A stretch of 64,000 nucleotides of DNA, taken from contig NC_043001.1 in assembly GCF_006345805.1 (NCBI RefSeq), positions 102,424,001 to 102,488,000 on the forward strand, written 5' to 3'. The position numbers and the translations under genes are program-made. Numbering within the stretch: position 1 is the first letter of the stretch; each line of letters opens with the position of its first letter. This document shows positions 62,133 through 64,000 of this stretch, in pieces. Below the pieces are notes generated by a model. The model was not told the DNA's origin. It saw only the letters and a program-made list of their open reading frames with translations, and searched no databases. This DNA is from Octopus sinensis (lineage: Eukaryota).

Positions 62133-64000
62133 TATACCATCAGTATAGTGAGATCTGAGTATCACCGTTCAATGTACCACGTCTACAACCCAATTTCCTT
62201 TTACTGTTGCAGCAACTATGTACAATGTCAATGTTCTCTCCTCTATAAAACTGGAGAATATTATCCACACAGTGAAAAAAGGAAAAAAAAGCAAAATTAA
62301 TAATGTGCAAATATGGAGGAGTGGATGATAAACACCAACGTGTAACTGTTGCTTGTGCAAAATAGAAAGAGATAACCAGAGTTTGGATTTACAAGATTTT
62401 TGAAATCTAAGTAAGCTGTTGGACAAAGAATCATTGTTAAGTGTAAAATGATGTTCATTTAACTTAGTCTAACATTTGATTAACCAAGTGGAACTGATAG
62501 AAAATACTGACAGAAATTATTCAGCAACACAGTTCTGCTGTTTGAATAATGTTTACTTTCAGTCTTACTACTTATGCAGACTCAGAGAGAGGGTTAGATA
62601 AATAAATTTCCTAATTGATATGTCTACTTCAATATAGAATTGAACATGAGTTTAGACGAAGGCACGTGTAAACATGCATAAGTTATGTAAATAAATAACT
62701 ATGTATGCAATATTGGCAGACATACTGTATTATCCACTTTTAATCAAATTTCTTACAAGAAATCCAAATATATGTCCAAGCAAGAGAGAGACAGCCAGAG
62801 AATTCAACTATTTCTGAGCTGATATATTGCTGGCAGCTACATATAGATATATACACACACCTTCATTCGGGTAATGTGTGAGTATGCCAATCTATATCCA
62901 CGCACATGGTTATTACAGGTCGCTCTCTCTCTTTATTTCTCTCTCTCACACACACACAGATCATCTCTTACTTGTACATGTGAATGGTTGTTTCCTACCT
63001 CCACCCTATACGATACAAACACACACAGGCAAACGCACACAATTCACAACTATAAGAAAAACTGCCCCAGGCCTAACCTTTCCAATACAATGATAGTTGT
63101 GGTGAGTAATAAATAAAGGAAGAACTTATGGCAGGGAAGTCATTTGAGTAAAGTTTACTACGTCTAGAGCAAGCCAGTAAGCAAACATGGTCATTTTGCA
63201 ATGACTCATCCATAAATGTGATTTATCTGCATGGATAGCATACGAGAAATTTGCACAAATACTTCTCACTGTGAACAGTGATTAAAGACAGCTCTAATTG
63301 TATAGCAACAAGTTTGCTTCAAAAGCCTTACGCTATTGTAACTTAGCATTAAGGTTGTACTGAAAAATTCATAACTTCTCAAGCAAGTAAACATGTCAAC
63401 TAAAAATAGGAAAATGGACAATCTGCCCATCACTGTATCATTGGAGTTTCTGCTCGTAAAACTTCAAATCAACTCCTTGTGTGTATATGTGCACATGTAC
63501 GAACACACACACACACATATTCTTTGCAAGCGGTATAATTGGAGAAGAAATTTTATATGAAAACCTTAAGCAAATAACAATGTTGGTGGAAAATCTCAGA
63601 ATTTAGGTCAACAAGAAATAGCTTGTCAAAAGTAGATGCAATAATATTTTGTGGTACCGGCATTAAGTGATAAATGTAATTCAGAAAAGGCAAAGGAGTT
63701 TATTGTAAGGTGGGAGGGGGGGATTATACATAAAGATGTTTAATAAAATATGTATGTAATAAGGGATCATCCTCCTCATCATCATCACCACCACCATCAG
63801 CATCAGTGTCATCCTTACTCACATCATCGAGTTTATCATGAAATTATCCACATGAAACAATAAATCCTATAAAAGCAAGAGAACCATGTTCAGTAAAATA
63901 TGTATTGCACAGTGTGTGTGTGTAGGTGCTCAATACCCAGGTAATAGATACATCACATAATGTTCTTCAGAGAATATGGAAAAGAATATGGTATCATAAA

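Overview
AT-rich, microsatellite-dense eukaryotic DNA, most likely intronic/intergenic sequence from a coleoid cephalopod (probably Octopus; inferred from repeat families I recall, not from a search). I could not recognise any host protein-coding gene. Almost all ORFs in the supplied track are artefacts of (TA)n/(CA)n tracts, SINEs or decayed transposons. DNA transposons: two mariners, a full-length DD37E (TRT-like) Tc1 with ~200-bp TIRs, and piggyBac-, Harbinger- and foldback-type MITEs. LINEs: CR1-like, RTE and R4/Dong-like fragments plus Penelope-like remnants. Also two abundant tRNA-type SINE families and many RTE 3'UTR copies. Most interesting signals: (1) three copies of a Penelope-type repeat carrying a minimal type I hammerhead-ribozyme fold with a non-canonical core; (2) a PHD-like finger inside RTE ORF2 and tandem C2H2 fingers at a probable LINE 3' end; (3) a 214-bp palindrome with a 1-nt spacer beside a CpG-rich candidate exon, and a 250-bp-arm inverted repeat; (4) a CpG-rich CR1 whose frameshifts sit mostly in homopolymer runs; (5) a 51-bp micro-inversion at an RTE/mariner junction. 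A few short exon candidates with good splice signals exist on both strands but are low confidence. Boundaries of decayed repeats are approximate.
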